A DNA stretch of 64,000 bases, taken from NCBI RefSeq assembly GCF_036388215.1, contig NZ_DASVSH010000031.1:90675-154674 (forward strand). Reading direction: 5' to 3'. Source of the DNA: Sphingomonas sp. (GTDB lineage Bacteria; Pseudomonadota; Alphaproteobacteria; Sphingomonadales; Sphingomonadaceae). Each line of letters opens with the position of its first letter. The stretch's first letter is position 1. The position numbers and the translations under genes are program-made. The notes beneath the pieces are model-generated. The model saw only the letters and a list, made by a program, of their open reading frames with translations, had not been told where the DNA came from and ran no database searches. Positions 30,947-42,216 of this stretch are shown piece by piece.

Positions 30947-31893
30947 GCTGCGCCCTCCGTGGCCCACTCCGAGCGTGGTATCCCCTGCGCGTAAAGCAAG
31001 GTCGTCAGATCGGTATAATCCACGCGCGCGCCCGCCGCCGCGGCAACGATTGGCTTGGCGCGATAGGCGACCCCCAGCCCCGCCTGCCGGATCATGGCGA
31101 GATCGTTTGCCCCGTCGCCCACGGCTAAAGTCTGTTCGGGGGCAAGGCCGAGTTCGGCGCGGCAGTCGAGCAGCGTATTCTCCTTTGTCGCGCTATCCAC
31201 GATCGGCTTGGTGACCGTCCCCGTAAGCTTGCCCGCGTCGATCTCCAGCACGTTCGCAATCACGCGCTCAAAGCCCAGCATGCGGCCCACCGGCTCGGCG
31301 AACCGCGTAAAGCCACCCGAGACCAGCACCGTCAGCGCCCCCCGCGCGCGCATCGTCTTCACCAGCGTCTCCGCCCCCGGGGACAGCCGCACGCGCTCGG
31401 CCAGGCAGCAGTCGATCGCGCTTTCCTCCAGCCCCTTGAGGAGCGCCACTCGCGCATCCAGCGCCGCGCCGAAATCCAGCTCGCCGCGCATCGCGCGTTC
31501 GGTCACCTCGGCGATCTGCGCCTTGATCCCCGCATAATCAGCCAGCTCGTCGATGCATTCGACGGTAATCATCGTGGAATCCATGTCCGCGACGAGCAAC
31601 GTCTTCTCGCGCCCCGCTTCGGGCTGGACGATCACATCCAACGTGATGCCGAACCCATGCCCACCTCCTGCGATAGCTCCGATGCGTTGGGTCATTGCAT
31701 TTGCGAGCGACGCACAATCCTCCCGACCAAAACCGGACGCCGGTTCAAACAGAAAGTCGGCCGCGTACCCTTCATCGATGAAGTCTGCGCTGACCAACTT
31801 TCCTGCCGCACACTCCGTATCAAACTCGTGAATCGCATCAGACAGGAGCGAGGCATTCAAGGTGCCGTCTGCTATAAGCGTCGCGATGAACAA
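30943..31893 (-). CDS. serB: Phosphoserine phosphatase
   Basis: LLVADMDSTMITVECIDELA, VSGGF, K, VGDGANDL HAD motifs. Confidence 0.96.
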   Translation of the reverse strand: MFIATLIADGTLNASLLSDAIHEFDTECAAGKLVSADFIDEGYAADFLFEPASGFGREDCASLANAMTQRIGAIAGGGHGFGITLDVIVQPEAGREKTLLVADMDSTMITVECIDELADYAGIKAQIAEVTERAMRGELDFGAALDARVALLKGLEESAIDCCLAERVRLSPGAETLVKTMRARGALTVLVSGGFTRFAEPVGRMLGFERVIANVLEIDAGKLTGTVTKPIVDSATKENTLLDCRAELGLAPEQTLAVGDGANDLAMIRQAGLGVAYRAKPIVAAAAGARVDYTDLTTLLYAQGIPRSEWATEGAA

Positions 31894-31925
31894 GTACGTT
31901 GCCTTTCCGAGCGATATTCCAACCT

Positions 31926-31977
31926 CCGCTCACCCTGAGCTTGTCGAAGGGCCCTTCGACAAGCTCAGGGTGAGCGG
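31926..31977. repeat. Family-A REP pair (perfect hairpin)
   Basis: CCGCTCACCCTGAGCTTGTCGAAGGG / CCCTTCGACAAGCTCAGGGTGAGCGG. Confidence 0.95.
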
Positions 31978-31986
31978 GAGAGAGTA

Positions 31987-32910
31987 GTGACCGTTGCTCT
32001 CCCCAAGGTCGCGCTAATCGCAGGGCCGACCGCAAGCGGCAAGTCCGCGCTCGCGCTGGCGCTCGCCGAAAAGCACGACGGCACGATCATCAATGCCGAT
32101 TCGATGCAGGTCTATGCCGATCTGCGCATCCTCACCGCCCGCCCCTCCCACGAGGAGGAAGCCCGGGTTCCGCATCGGCTGTTCGGCCATATCGACGGCG
32201 CCGAGGCCAGTTCCGCCGCACGCTGGGCCACCGAAGCGCGCGGAGCCATCCACGAAGCTCATGCCGCGGGCCGCTTGCCGATCCTGGTAGGCGGCACCGG
32301 GCTCTATATGCGCACGCTCCTCGACGGCATCGCCCCCGTCCCCGAGATCGAGCCGCACATCCGCGCCGAAGTCCGCGCCACTCCCGTCGCGGATGCCCAT
32401 GCCCAGCTCGCCCGGCTCGATCCGCACGGCGCGACCAGGCTCGGCATCAACGACAGCGCCCGCGTCGCCCGCGCGCTCGAAGTGGTCCGCTCAACCGGCC
32501 GTCCGCTGCACGAATGGCAGAACGAGCGCACCGGCGGGATCGGCCGCGAGATCAGCCTGGCGGCGATGATCTTGCTGCCCGACCGCGACTGGCTCGGAGA
32601 GCGCATCGACCGCCGCTTCGCCTGGATGGCCGATGCCGCGAGTGGCGAAGTCGCGGCCCTGCTCGCGCGCGCGGATATCCCCGCCGACGCCCCCGTGCTC
32701 CGCGCTATAGGCGTCGCCGAGCTCGGCCCAATGCTGCGCGGTGAAATCGACTCCCAAAAGGCCATCGCCACCGGCTCCCTGGTCACGCGCCAATATGCCA
32801 AGCGCCAATACACATGGTTCCGCCGTCAACCGCCGCCACTCTGGCACCGCACTGGAGAGATAGAAACAAACGCCTTGGTGCATTATTTTGAAACTAAATG
32901 TCTTATATAG
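31987..32910 (+). CDS. miaA: tRNA dimethylallyltransferase
   Basis: [37 protein letters not shown]. Confidence 0.98.
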   Translation: MTVALPKVALIAGPTASGKSALALALAEKHDGTIINADSMQVYADLRILTARPSHEEEARVPHRLFGHIDGAEASSAARWATEARGAIHEAHAAGRLPILVGGTGLYMRTLLDGIAPVPEIEPHIRAEVRATPVADAHAQLARLDPHGATRLGINDSARVARALEVVRSTGRPLHEWQNERTGGIGREISLAAMILLPDRDWLGERIDRRFAWMADAASGEVAALLARADIPADAPVLRAIGVAELGPMLRGEIDSQKAIATGSLVTRQYAKRQYTWFRRQPPPLWHRTGEIETNALVHYFETKCLI

Positions 32911-32988
32911 AGCTTGACGTAACATTTTCGTGCGACTAGCAGCGCCCTTCGGGCAATGCTATGTCGCGTTGCAGCAAGGGAGGAATAC

Positions 32989-34734
32989 GTGACCGAGAAG
33001 AGCGGAGCAGACATCCTGATCGAGGCGCTGTGCGATCTCGGCGTGGAGGTCGTGTTCGGCTATCCCGGCGGCGCGGTGCTCCCGATCTACGATGCGCTCT
33101 TCAAGCAAGACCGCATCCGCCACATCCTCGTCCGCCACGAACAAGCCGCGACGCATGCGGCAGAGGGCTATGCCCGCTCGACCGGAAAGCCAGGCGTGGT
33201 GCTCGTTACCTCCGGGCCGGGCGCGACCAATGCGGTTACCGGCATCACCGATGCGCTGATGGATTCGATTCCCATGGTCGTCATCACCGGCCAGGTGCCC
33301 ACCGCGCTGATCGGCACCGATGCCTTTCAGGAGGCCGATACCGTTGGCATCACGCGGCACTGCACCAAGCATAATTACCTGGTGAAGGATCCCGCGACCC
33401 TCGGCACGATCGTGCATGAGGCCTTCCATATCGCCACGTCGGGTCGCCCGGGGCCGGTCGTCGTCGACATCCCCAAGGACGTGCAGGTCGCCACGGCGCA
33501 TTATGCCGCGCCGGGCAAGATCACGCACAAAACATATCGCCCGCAGACCCAGCCCGATGCCGCGAAGATTCAGGAAGCGGTGGATATGCTCGCCGGGGCC
33601 GAGCGCCCGATCTTCTACACCGGCGGCGGGATCATCAATTCCGGCCCCGAAGCATCGCGGCTGCTTCGCGAACTCGCCACGCTCACCGGCGCGCCGGTCA
33701 CCTCCACGCTGATGGGCCTGGGCGCTTTCCCGGCCTCTTCGGATCAGTGGCTCGGCATGCTCGGCATGCACGGGACGTACGAAGCCAATTGGGCAATGAA
33801 CAAGGCCGATCTGATCATCTGCCTCGGCGCCCGTTTCGACGATCGCGTCACCGGCCGGCTCGATGCCTTCGCGCCGCATGCGCGCAAGGTGCATGTCGAT
33901 ATCGATCGCTCCAGCGTGAACAAAAATGTCCGCGTCGATCTGCCCATCATCGGCGATGTCGGCATCGCGCTGGCGCAGATGGTCGAGAGCTGGAAGACCC
34001 GCAATCACCCCAGGCCCGCTCTCTCCGAATGGTGGGGACGGATCGCGGGCTGGCGCCAGGTCGGCTGCCTGGATTTCGAGGACAAGGCCGACGTGATCAT
34101 GCCCCAACAGGCGATCCGTTCGCTGTACGCGGCGACGCATGCCCGGTCGCCGATCATCACCACCGAAGTCGGCCAGCACCAGATGTGGGCCGCGCAGCAT
34201 TTCGATTTCGAAGAGCCCAACAAGTGGCTGACGAGCGGGGGCCTAGGGACGATGGGCTATGGCCTGCCCGCCGCGATCGGCGCGCAGCTCGGCAATCCGG
34301 ATGCGCTGGTGATCGACATCGCCGGCGAGGCGTCGATCCAGATGAACATCCAGGAGCTGGCCACCGCGACTCAATATCGCCTGCCGGTCAAGATATTCAT
34401 CCTCAACAACGAATATATGGGCATGGTCCGCCAGTGGCAGGAGCTGACCTATCAGTCGCGCTATTCGGAAAGCTACAGCGACGCGCTCCCCGACTTCGTC
34501 AAATTAGGGGAGGCTTATGGCTGGAAGGGCATCCGCATCGACAAGCGCGGAGACCTGGAGGACGGCATCCAGGCGATGCTCGACCATGACGGCCCGGTGA
34601 TCGTCGATTGCCGCGTGGCGAAGCTCGCCAATTGCTTCCCGATGATCCCCTCGGGCGCCGCCCACACCGAAATGATGCTCCAAGCCGCCGAAGTCTCCGG
34701 CGAAATGGACGACGAAGCCAAGGCGCTGGTGTGA
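32989..34734 (+). CDS. ilvB: Acetolactate synthase large subunit
   Basis: VFGYPGGAVLP, VRHEQAA.HAAEGYAR, TSGPGATN, GARFDDRVTG, SGGLGTMGYG, LNNEYMGMVRQWQ. Confidence 0.98.
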   Translation: MTEKSGADILIEALCDLGVEVVFGYPGGAVLPIYDALFKQDRIRHILVRHEQAATHAAEGYARSTGKPGVVLVTSGPGATNAVTGITDALMDSIPMVVITGQVPTALIGTDAFQEADTVGITRHCTKHNYLVKDPATLGTIVHEAFHIATSGRPGPVVVDIPKDVQVATAHYAAPGKITHKTYRPQTQPDAAKIQEAVDMLAGAERPIFYTGGGIINSGPEASRLLRELATLTGAPVTSTLMGLGAFPASSDQWLGMLGMHGTYEANWAMNKADLIICLGARFDDRVTGRLDAFAPHARKVHVDIDRSSVNKNVRVDLPIIGDVGIALAQMVESWKTRNHPRPALSEWWGRIAGWRQVGCLDFEDKADVIMPQQAIRSLYAATHARSPIITTEVGQHQMWAAQHFDFEEPNKWLTSGGLGTMGYGLPAAIGAQLGNPDALVIDIAGEASIQMNIQELATATQYRLPVKIFILNNEYMGMVRQWQELTYQSRYSESYSDALPDFVKLGEAYGWKGIRIDKRGDLEDGIQAMLDHDGPVIVDCRVAKLANCFPMIPSGAAHTEMMLQAAEVSGEMDDEAKALV

Positions 34735-34750
34735 TGCGGCAGCCAGGAAC

Positions 34751-34926
34751 TTTCTCCCCTCTCGCGGGGGAGAATAGCGTCGCTTGGCAGCTTTGCTGCC
34801 TAGCAAAGCTTAGTGAGGGGGGCGGCGCTTGGCGCCGCGCGCGCCAACGGCGCGCTCACCCTCTCCAACTCCGACTAGGCAGCGAGCTGCCAAGTCTCCG
34901 TATCCTCCCCCGTCAAGGGGGAGGAA
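34751..34926. repeat. Family-B modular palindromic element in the ilvB-ilvN spacer
   Basis: Head-to-head arms CTTGGCAGCTTTGCTGCCTAG / CTAGGCAGCGAGCTGCCAAG, terminal polyC/polyG hairpins. Confidence 0.9.
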
Positions 34927-34936
34927 GGAGCTAAAA

Positions 34937-35452
34937 ATGCACATCAAGCAAGAACAGAGCGAGCGGCATACGCTGGCCGTGATCGTCGACAACGAGCCCG
35001 GCATCCTCGCGCGGATCGCCGGCCTGTTCACGGCGCGCGGCTATAATATCGAGAGCCTGACGGTGAGCGAGATCACCGAGGACAAGACCGTCAGCCGCAT
35101 CACGATCGTGACCTCGGCATCCGATCACGTGATGGAGCAGATCCATTCGCAGCTCGAGCGCCTCGTGCCCGTCCACAAGGTGACCGATCTCACCATGCTC
35201 GGCGCCCATGTCGAGCGCGAGCTGGCGCTGGTGAAGGTCGCGGGCACGGGCGATCACCGGATCGAGGCGCTGCGCCTCGCCGAGGTCTACCGCGCGCACG
35301 TGGTCGACGCGACGATCCACAGCTTCGTCTTCGAAGTAACCGGCGGTACCGACAAGATCGACAAGTTTATCGAGCTGATGCGCGAGGTAGGCCTGGTCGA
35401 AGTCGCCCGCACCGGAATTGTAGCGATTTCACGAGGGGCCGAAGCGGCCTGA
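34937..35452 (+). CDS. ilvN: Acetolactate synthase small (regulatory) subunit
   Basis: HTLAVIVDNEPGILARIAGLFTARGYNIESLTV, ERELALVKV, EVARTG. Confidence 0.97.
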   Translation: MHIKQEQSERHTLAVIVDNEPGILARIAGLFTARGYNIESLTVSEITEDKTVSRITIVTSASDHVMEQIHSQLERLVPVHKVTDLTMLGAHVERELALVKVAGTGDHRIEALRLAEVYRAHVVDATIHSFVFEVTGGTDKIDKFIELMREVGLVEVARTGIVAISRGAEAA

Positions 35453-35454
35453 AA

Positions 35455-36628
<1,174 letters not shown>

Positions 36629-36643
36629 GTCTGTTTGAGTTAG

Positions 36644-36719
36644 GCGGCACCGGCCCGCTCCCCACCCGGCCACCCATCCAGCATGATCCTGTGGGAGTGT
36701 GGGAGCGGGCCGGTGCCGC
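36644..36719. repeat. Family-D palindromic element downstream of ilvC
   Basis: GCGGCACCGGCCCGCTCCC ... GGGAGCGGGCCGGTGCCGC 19-bp inverted arms. Confidence 0.8.
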
Positions 36720-36869
36720 TTCCACGAAAGTGGAACAGAGCGCCCATCGTCCCCATCGGCGCATGAGGGGCATTTCCTTGGGGCCAAGGGTCGGCCCCGC
36801 TCCATCTTCCTGTTTGACCGCCGGGATTTGCACGCCGATGCTGGAACACCCCCAACAGGAGCACTCTTC

Positions 36870-37511
36870 ATGCGCAATCGCCTGATCCTCGCCGCCACGC
36901 TGCTCGTGGCCACTCCGCTGCTGGCGCAGGACGCACGGCAGAAGCCGGGCTCGCGGAACCCGGCGCTCGTCACGGCCGGCACCTACAGTGTCGATCCCAA
37001 TCATACGCTGGTCGAATGGACCGTCGATCACCTTGGCTTCACCCCCTATTTCGGGTTGTTCGGCAGCGTTACCGGCAAGCTGGCCATCGACCCCAGGAAC
37101 CCCTCCGCCGCCACGGTGGACATCACCATCCCGGTCTCGAAGGTCCTGACTGCCAACACCGCGCTGACCGGCCATTTATTGCGTGCGCCCAAGGCAGCGG
37201 ACGGCAAGCCCGATTTCTTCGGTCCCACCCCTGAGGATGCGCATTTCGTCTCCACCTCGGTGATAGCGAAGGGCCAGAAGGCGAAAGTCACCGGTAATCT
37301 CACGCTCAACGGCGTCACCAAACCCGTCGTCCTCGACGTCGAGTTTTACGGTGCGGGCAAGTCCGCATCGCGATCAGGCGGCGAAAGGGAAAATCTGGGG
37401 TTCGAGGCGCGCGCGCTGATCAAGCGCAGCGAGTTCGGCCTCACCTTCCTCGTCCCCATGATCTCGGACGAAGTGGCGCTCAAGATCGCCGCGGGCTTCA
37501 CCAAGGACTGA
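36870..37511 (+). CDS. YceI-family periplasmic lipid/polyisoprenoid-binding protein
   Basis: Signal peptide, YSVDPNHT, HLGF, GNLTLNGVTKPV, IKRSEFG. Confidence 0.92.
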   Translation: MRNRLILAATLLVATPLLAQDARQKPGSRNPALVTAGTYSVDPNHTLVEWTVDHLGFTPYFGLFGSVTGKLAIDPRNPSAATVDITIPVSKVLTANTALTGHLLRAPKAADGKPDFFGPTPEDAHFVSTSVIAKGQKAKVTGNLTLNGVTKPVVLDVEFYGAGKSASRSGGERENLGFEARALIKRSEFGLTFLVPMISDEVALKIAAGFTKD

Positions 37512-37532
37512 GGGGCCTTCCTGAAATCGAAA

Positions 37533-37557
37533 CGGGCGCCCCTTTTGGGGGTGCCCG
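37533..37557. terminator. Hairpin between convergent yceI and TBDR
   Basis: CGGGCGCCCC-TTTTG-GGGGTGCCCG. Confidence 0.6.
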
Positions 37558-37580
37558 CTCGCTGTTCGCATGTCGCCCGG

Positions 37581-40235
37581 TTAGAACTTGAAGCGCCCGG
37601 TCACGCCATAGGTGCGCGGCATGCTCGGATAACCCGAGATGCTGCCCGCCTGCGCCACGGACGAGAAGATCGTCGAGAGATATTGGTCATTGGTCACGTT
37701 GCGGCCCCAGACCATCAGCTCGAGCCCGTTCGAGAACTGCAGCCCCGCCGAAAGGTTCAGCAGGTTGATCTCGCGCTTCGTCGTCACTGCGCCCTCGGCG
37801 ATCCGCACGTTGCTGGCATGATCGAAATCACTATGCAGCAGCAGCGATAGGCCCTCGCTGAGATCCTGAGAATAGTTCACGCCCGTCGTGACCGTGAACT
37901 CGGGGATGCCCGCCGGGCGGGTGCCCGTCAGGTTGGTCGGGATCACGCCCAGCCCGCCGCTCGCCGTAGCGGGCCCGATCGCGCCGCCATTGGCGAACGA
38001 GTCATATTTCGGATCGAGATAGGTTAGCGCAAAGGTGAAGTTGAGCGCCTTGACTGGAGTAAGGCTCGCGTCGAGTTCGACACCGAACACCGATTCCTTT
38101 TCGGCGTTGAGCAGCGAGAAGCCGGTGCCGGTGAAGACGTTGCTCTGGAAGCCTTCGATCGTTTGCTTGAAGACGGCGGCGTTGAAGGCGAATTGCCGGA
38201 ACTGCCCCTTGATGCCGGCTTCATAGACCTTTGCCTGTTCCGGCCCCGCGAAGCGCGAGCCCGAGGTCAAGTTGACGGTCTGGAGGTTCGCGCTGCGGAT
38301 GCGGGTGAGGTCGGCGGCCGTCGGGCGGCTGTCGCGCGACAGATTGACCGAGCTCGCCTTGAAGCCGGTCGCGTAGGTCACATAGAAATTGAGGTTGTCG
38401 GTGGCCTTGTAAGCGGCGCGCAGCGTGTACGACAGATTGTCGTCATGCGTGAGGCCCGGCTCGATCGGGTTGGGCACGTTGAAGAAGGGCGGCAGGAATT
38501 GCAGCGCGCGCAGCCCGGCCAGTGGGTTCGCCGCCGGGTTGTTCTGGTTTGCGTTGGCATTGGCCTGGGCGCCCGCCGAGATCGCTACGAACGTAGGATT
38601 GGTGGCGGGGTTGCTGGCGAAAGCTGTGATTTCCGCCGACGTCGCGGAACGTCCAAGCCCGAGGGCTCCGCCCACTAGCTGCGCCAGCCCGCCCTGGAAC
38701 AGCAACTGGTTGCGGAAGGGCGCATATTGCGGCGCGTCGAAATTGATCCCGGCGAACACGTCGGTGCTGACCACGTTGGTCGAGAAGGTCTTACGGTCGT
38801 CGGTATAGTTCAGGCCGCCGGTCAGCGTCAGCCGGTCGGTGACTTCGAAATCGACGGTGCCGAAGAGCGAGAAGGAGCGGTCGTTGAGGCGATATGCCTC
38901 GTTCAGCCCATCCCCGCGGCGGAAAAATGCGTTCTGGTAGCGTGTCGGCGCGCCTTCGAGCGCGCCGAAGGTGTTCTCCAGAAGCACGACGTTCAGTGCG
39001 TTTCCGCTCGCCCCGCGGATCAGCTGGTCGCCATAGGGGCGAAAGGAGGCGCCGAAGTTGATCTGGTTGGCCTGGCGGATCCGCTCGTCGAAATAGAAGC
39101 CGCCGAGCAGGAAGTTGACCGGGCCGTCAAAGTCGGAGGCGAGGCGCAGTTCCTGGGTGAAGGTCCCGATATCGAGCTGCTGGGCATTGTGTCCAACCAG
39201 GTCGGCGCTGGTGAAATCCGAATCCTGATCGGTGTTGGATTTGACCTTGCGATATGCGGTGATCGAAGTGATGTTCAGCGCGTCGCTGAGCGTAAAGTTG
39301 ATTTCACCGGAGCCCCCGTAATTCTCGATCTTGTTGCTTGACAGGATGTTGTTGTAGATCCGGTACGAGAACGGGTTCGCCCGATCGAGATTACCCCCCA
39401 GTGCGCCGATGATGGCGCCCGTCGGGCCGTTGATCACGTTGACCACGGCGCAGCAATTCTCGTCGATCTTGTCGTAATCGCCGATCAGCCGGACGCTGAA
39501 GTCCGAATTGGGCTCGAAAAGCAATTGCCCGCGCACGCCATAGCGGTTGCGGTTGTTGACGTCGCGGTTCAGCGCGACATCGCGGACATAGCCGTCACGC
39601 GTGTTGTAATTCGCGCCCAGGCTGAACGCGACTGTCTTGCTGAGCGGGCCGGTTACGCTCGCCTTTGCCACGATCGCATTATAATTGCCGTACGAGGCTT
39701 CCACGTTGCCGCCAAACTCGAAGCTCGGCCGCGCAGTGACGATGCTGATGATGCCCGCCGACGCATTCTTGCCGAAGAGTGTCGATTGCGGGCCGCGAAG
39801 CACTTCGACACGCTGCAGATTGGGCAGATCGGCGATCTGCGCCGCCGAGCGCGAACGATAGACGCCGTCGATGAACACGCCGACCGAAGGCTCGATGCCC
39901 GCATTGTTCGCGCCGTTGCCGAAGCCGCGGATGATGAAGTTGGTGTTGGCCGAGGATTGCAGCTGCGAGACGCGCAGCGACGGCACGACGGTCTGCAAGT
40001 CGATCAGGTCGCGGATTTGCGCGCGCTCGATCGTCTCCCTGTTGGTGACGGTCACTGCGATCGGCGTGTCGAGCAACGTCGTCTCGCGCTTGGTCGCCGT
40101 GACGACGATAGTGGCGGAATCCTCGTCGTTTTGTTCAGCGGTGGCGTCGGTCTGCGTGGATGCATCCTGCGCCATGGCCGGCGTCGCCAGAAAGAGCGTG
40201 AGTGCGGTTGCGGCGAGCAGTTCGAGCTTCTTCAT
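37581..40235 (-). CDS. TonB-dependent outer-membrane receptor
   Basis: Signal peptide, TIVVTATKR TonB box, RVEVLRGPQSTLFGKNASAG plug motif, PRTYG...RFKF C-terminus. Confidence 0.96.
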   Translation of the reverse strand: MKKLELLAATALTLFLATPAMAQDASTQTDATAEQNDEDSATIVVTATKRETTLLDTPIAVTVTNRETIERAQIRDLIDLQTVVPSLRVSQLQSSANTNFIIRGFGNGANNAGIEPSVGVFIDGVYRSRSAAQIADLPNLQRVEVLRGPQSTLFGKNASAGIISIVTARPSFEFGGNVEASYGNYNAIVAKASVTGPLSKTVAFSLGANYNTRDGYVRDVALNRDVNNRNRYGVRGQLLFEPNSDFSVRLIGDYDKIDENCCAVVNVINGPTGAIIGALGGNLDRANPFSYRIYNNILSSNKIENYGGSGEINFTLSDALNITSITAYRKVKSNTDQDSDFTSADLVGHNAQQLDIGTFTQELRLASDFDGPVNFLLGGFYFDERIRQANQINFGASFRPYGDQLIRGASGNALNVVLLENTFGALEGAPTRYQNAFFRRGDGLNEAYRLNDRSFSLFGTVDFEVTDRLTLTGGLNYTDDRKTFSTNVVSTDVFAGINFDAPQYAPFRNQLLFQGGLAQLVGGALGLGRSATSAEITAFASNPATNPTFVAISAGAQANANANQNNPAANPLAGLRALQFLPPFFNVPNPIEPGLTHDDNLSYTLRAAYKATDNLNFYVTYATGFKASSVNLSRDSRPTAADLTRIRSANLQTVNLTSGSRFAGPEQAKVYEAGIKGQFRQFAFNAAVFKQTIEGFQSNVFTGTGFSLLNAEKESVFGVELDASLTPVKALNFTFALTYLDPKYDSFANGGAIGPATASGGLGVIPTNLTGTRPAGIPEFTVTTGVNYSQDLSEGLSLLLHSDFDHASNVRIAEGAVTTKREINLLNLSAGLQFSNGLELMVWGRNVTNDQYLSTIFSSVAQAGSISGYPSMPRTYGVTGRFKF

Positions 40236-40466
40236 GGGATGAGTCCCCCTCCTCCGGTCCGCCCCGGCTGATATCCGGTGACGGCGTTGCTTTTATTACC
40301 CACGCAACTAACGCTGCATTTTTATGCCCGTCAACGGGAATGCAGCGCGGAACTCCTCGGTTTTGCGCCGTTTTTCCCGGTGCGGTACAGAATGGCAACA
40401 CTCGGGACTCCGGGAAGTCCCGGTTGCCGTAGCGTAAACCTGGATCAAGGTTGGGAGAGACAGACG

Positions 40467-41087
40467 ATGACGGAAACCCAGGCGCAGCTCGAAGACGGCG
40501 ATATCGTCGCGCCTCCCGCGAAGATCGCGGTGCCCGCCCATGTCTCGGACGCGATCCGCACGTTGATCCGCTGGACAGGCGACGATCCGGCTCGCGAAGG
40601 GCTGGTCGATACGCCGGAGCGCGTCGCACGGGCCTGGAAGGAATATTGCGCCGGCTATGCCGAGGACCCGGCGCACCACTTGAGCCGCGTCTTCGAGGAA
40701 GTCGGCGGATATGACGAGATCGTGATGCTCAAGGAAATACCCTTCCAGTCGCATTGCGAGCACCACATGGCGCCCATCATCGGCACCGCGTGCATCGCCT
40801 ATCTGCCGCGCGATCACGTCGTCGGCATCTCGAAGCTCGCCCGTGTGCTCCATGCCTATGCCCGCCGCCTCCAGGTTCAGGAGCGGCTGACCGCCGAAGT
40901 CGCCGATTGCATCTGGGACAATCTGAAGCCGCTCGGCGTCGCAGTGGTGATCCGCGCCACGCACGCCTGCATGACGGCGCGGGGCGTCCGCACACCCGGC
41001 GTGAAGATGGCCACCAGCCGGATGATGGGAGTGTTCCGCGAGGATGAGCGCAGCCGCAAGGAAGTGCTCGCGCTGATGGGCTTCTGA
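40467..41087 (+). CDS. folE: GTP cyclohydrolase I
   Basis: REGLVDTPERVA, SHCEHH, GISKLAR, RLQVQERLT, HACM..RGV. Confidence 0.98.
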   Translation: MTETQAQLEDGDIVAPPAKIAVPAHVSDAIRTLIRWTGDDPAREGLVDTPERVARAWKEYCAGYAEDPAHHLSRVFEEVGGYDEIVMLKEIPFQSHCEHHMAPIIGTACIAYLPRDHVVGISKLARVLHAYARRLQVQERLTAEVADCIWDNLKPLGVAVVIRATHACMTARGVRTPGVKMATSRMMGVFREDERSRKEVLALMGF

Positions 41088-41851
41088 TGCGGATACTGAT
41101 CACCGGCGCTGCGCGGCGGATCGGCGCGGGCATTGCCCGCCGCCTCGCGCTGCGCGGCCATCCGGTGGCGATCCACCACCATCACGCCGCCGAGGATGCC
41201 GAGGCGCTGTGCCGCGCGATCATGGAATCAGGCGGCCGCGCATCGGTGCTTCAGGGCGAGCTGGCCGATCCGGCGACAGCCCCGGCGCTTATCGCCGCGG
41301 CGCGCGATGCGCTGGGCGGCCCCATCGGCGGCCTGGTCAACAATGCATCGCAATTCGCCTTCGATGCGCTGCCGCTCACCGATTTCACGCTGCTCGATCA
41401 GCATATGCGAATCAACCTGGGCGCGCCCATCGCACTCGCATCGGCGCTCGCCGCGCAGGAGGATCTGGACGAAGGGGCAGTGGTAAACCTGCTCGATCAG
41501 AAAGTCGCCAATCTCAACCCCGATTTCCTCACCTACACGCTCAGCAAGTCTGCCCTCGCCGCCGCCACCGAACTGCTCGCTCGCGGCCTGGCTCCGCGCA
41601 TCCGCGTCAACGCCGTCTCCCCCGGCCTGACGCTCCCTAGCCTGGATCAGACCGCCGAGGAATTTTCGCGGCATGCCCGACAGAACCTGCTTCAGCGCCC
41701 CGTCGCGCTCGACGACATCGCCGCCACTGTCGAGCATCTGCTCACGTGCAGCAGCATCACCGGGCAGAACGTGTTCGTCGATTGCGGCCAGCGCTTCCTG
41801 CCGCGAGAGGGCGATGTGATGTTCGAAGGACGCGAGCGCCCGGATGGCTGA
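41087..41851 (+). CDS. SDR oxidoreductase, pteridine-reductase (FolM/PTR1/PruA-like) candidate
   Basis: ITGAARRIG, VNNAS, YTLSK, RVNAVSPG; lies between folE and folB with overlapping stop/start codons. Confidence 0.85.
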   Translation: MRILITGAARRIGAGIARRLALRGHPVAIHHHHAAEDAEALCRAIMESGGRASVLQGELADPATAPALIAAARDALGGPIGGLVNNASQFAFDALPLTDFTLLDQHMRINLGAPIALASALAAQEDLDEGAVVNLLDQKVANLNPDFLTYTLSKSALAAATELLARGLAPRIRVNAVSPGLTLPSLDQTAEEFSRHARQNLLQRPVALDDIAATVEHLLTCSSITGQNVFVDCGQRFLPREGDVMFEGRERPDG

Positions 41852-42194
41852 GTATACGATCCTGCTCGAAGGGCTCGAAGTGGCGATGGGCCTGGGCATC
41901 CACCCGCATGAGCGCGCCGCGCCGCAACGCATCCGAATCGATGTCGCGATGGCCTGCGCCTATCCCGAGCCGCCGGGGGACCGGATAGAGGCAGTGGTCG
42001 ATTATGATTTCCTGCGAGAGCAGATTCATGCCCTGGTGAAATCCCGCCATTTCGAGTTGCAGGAGACGCTTTGCGACCAGGTCGCGGCGCTTGCTCTAGC
42101 CGACCGCCGGGTCGCGCGAGTCCGCGTCCGATCGATGAAGCTCGATATCTATCCAGATGCGCGGATCGGCTGCGAGGTGGTTCGGTCGGGCTGA
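41844..42194 (+). CDS. folB: Dihydroneopterin aldolase
   Basis: GIHPHER..PQRIRID, VVDYD, FELQETL, KLDIY. Confidence 0.9.
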   Translation: MAEYTILLEGLEVAMGLGIHPHERAAPQRIRIDVAMACAYPEPPGDRIEAVVDYDFLREQIHALVKSRHFELQETLCDQVAALALADRRVARVRVRSMKLDIYPDARIGCEVVRSG

Positions 42195-42216
42195 CCGCCC
42201 GGCGCCCCTCCGGCGC

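Noticed and set aside
32911-32988. Leader-peptide attenuator for the ilv operon
   Set aside because: The spacer is only ~78 nt, with a plain promoter-like TTGACG and no Ile/Leu/Val-rich uORF or terminator hairpin.
34829-34936. N-terminal extensions in the ORF track that start inside repeats (ilvN 34829, pyrC 23611, yceI 36699, GT2 9368, symporter 61885)
   Set aside because: Downstream starts with an RBS or family-typical N-termini exist, and the extensions are translations of palindromic elements rather than real in-frame inserts.
40394-40466. THF-II (folE motif) riboswitch upstream of folE
   Set aside because: The hairpin does not pair with the GGGAG RBS and lacks the conserved core as I recall it. 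An Infernal search with the Rfam model would settle this.
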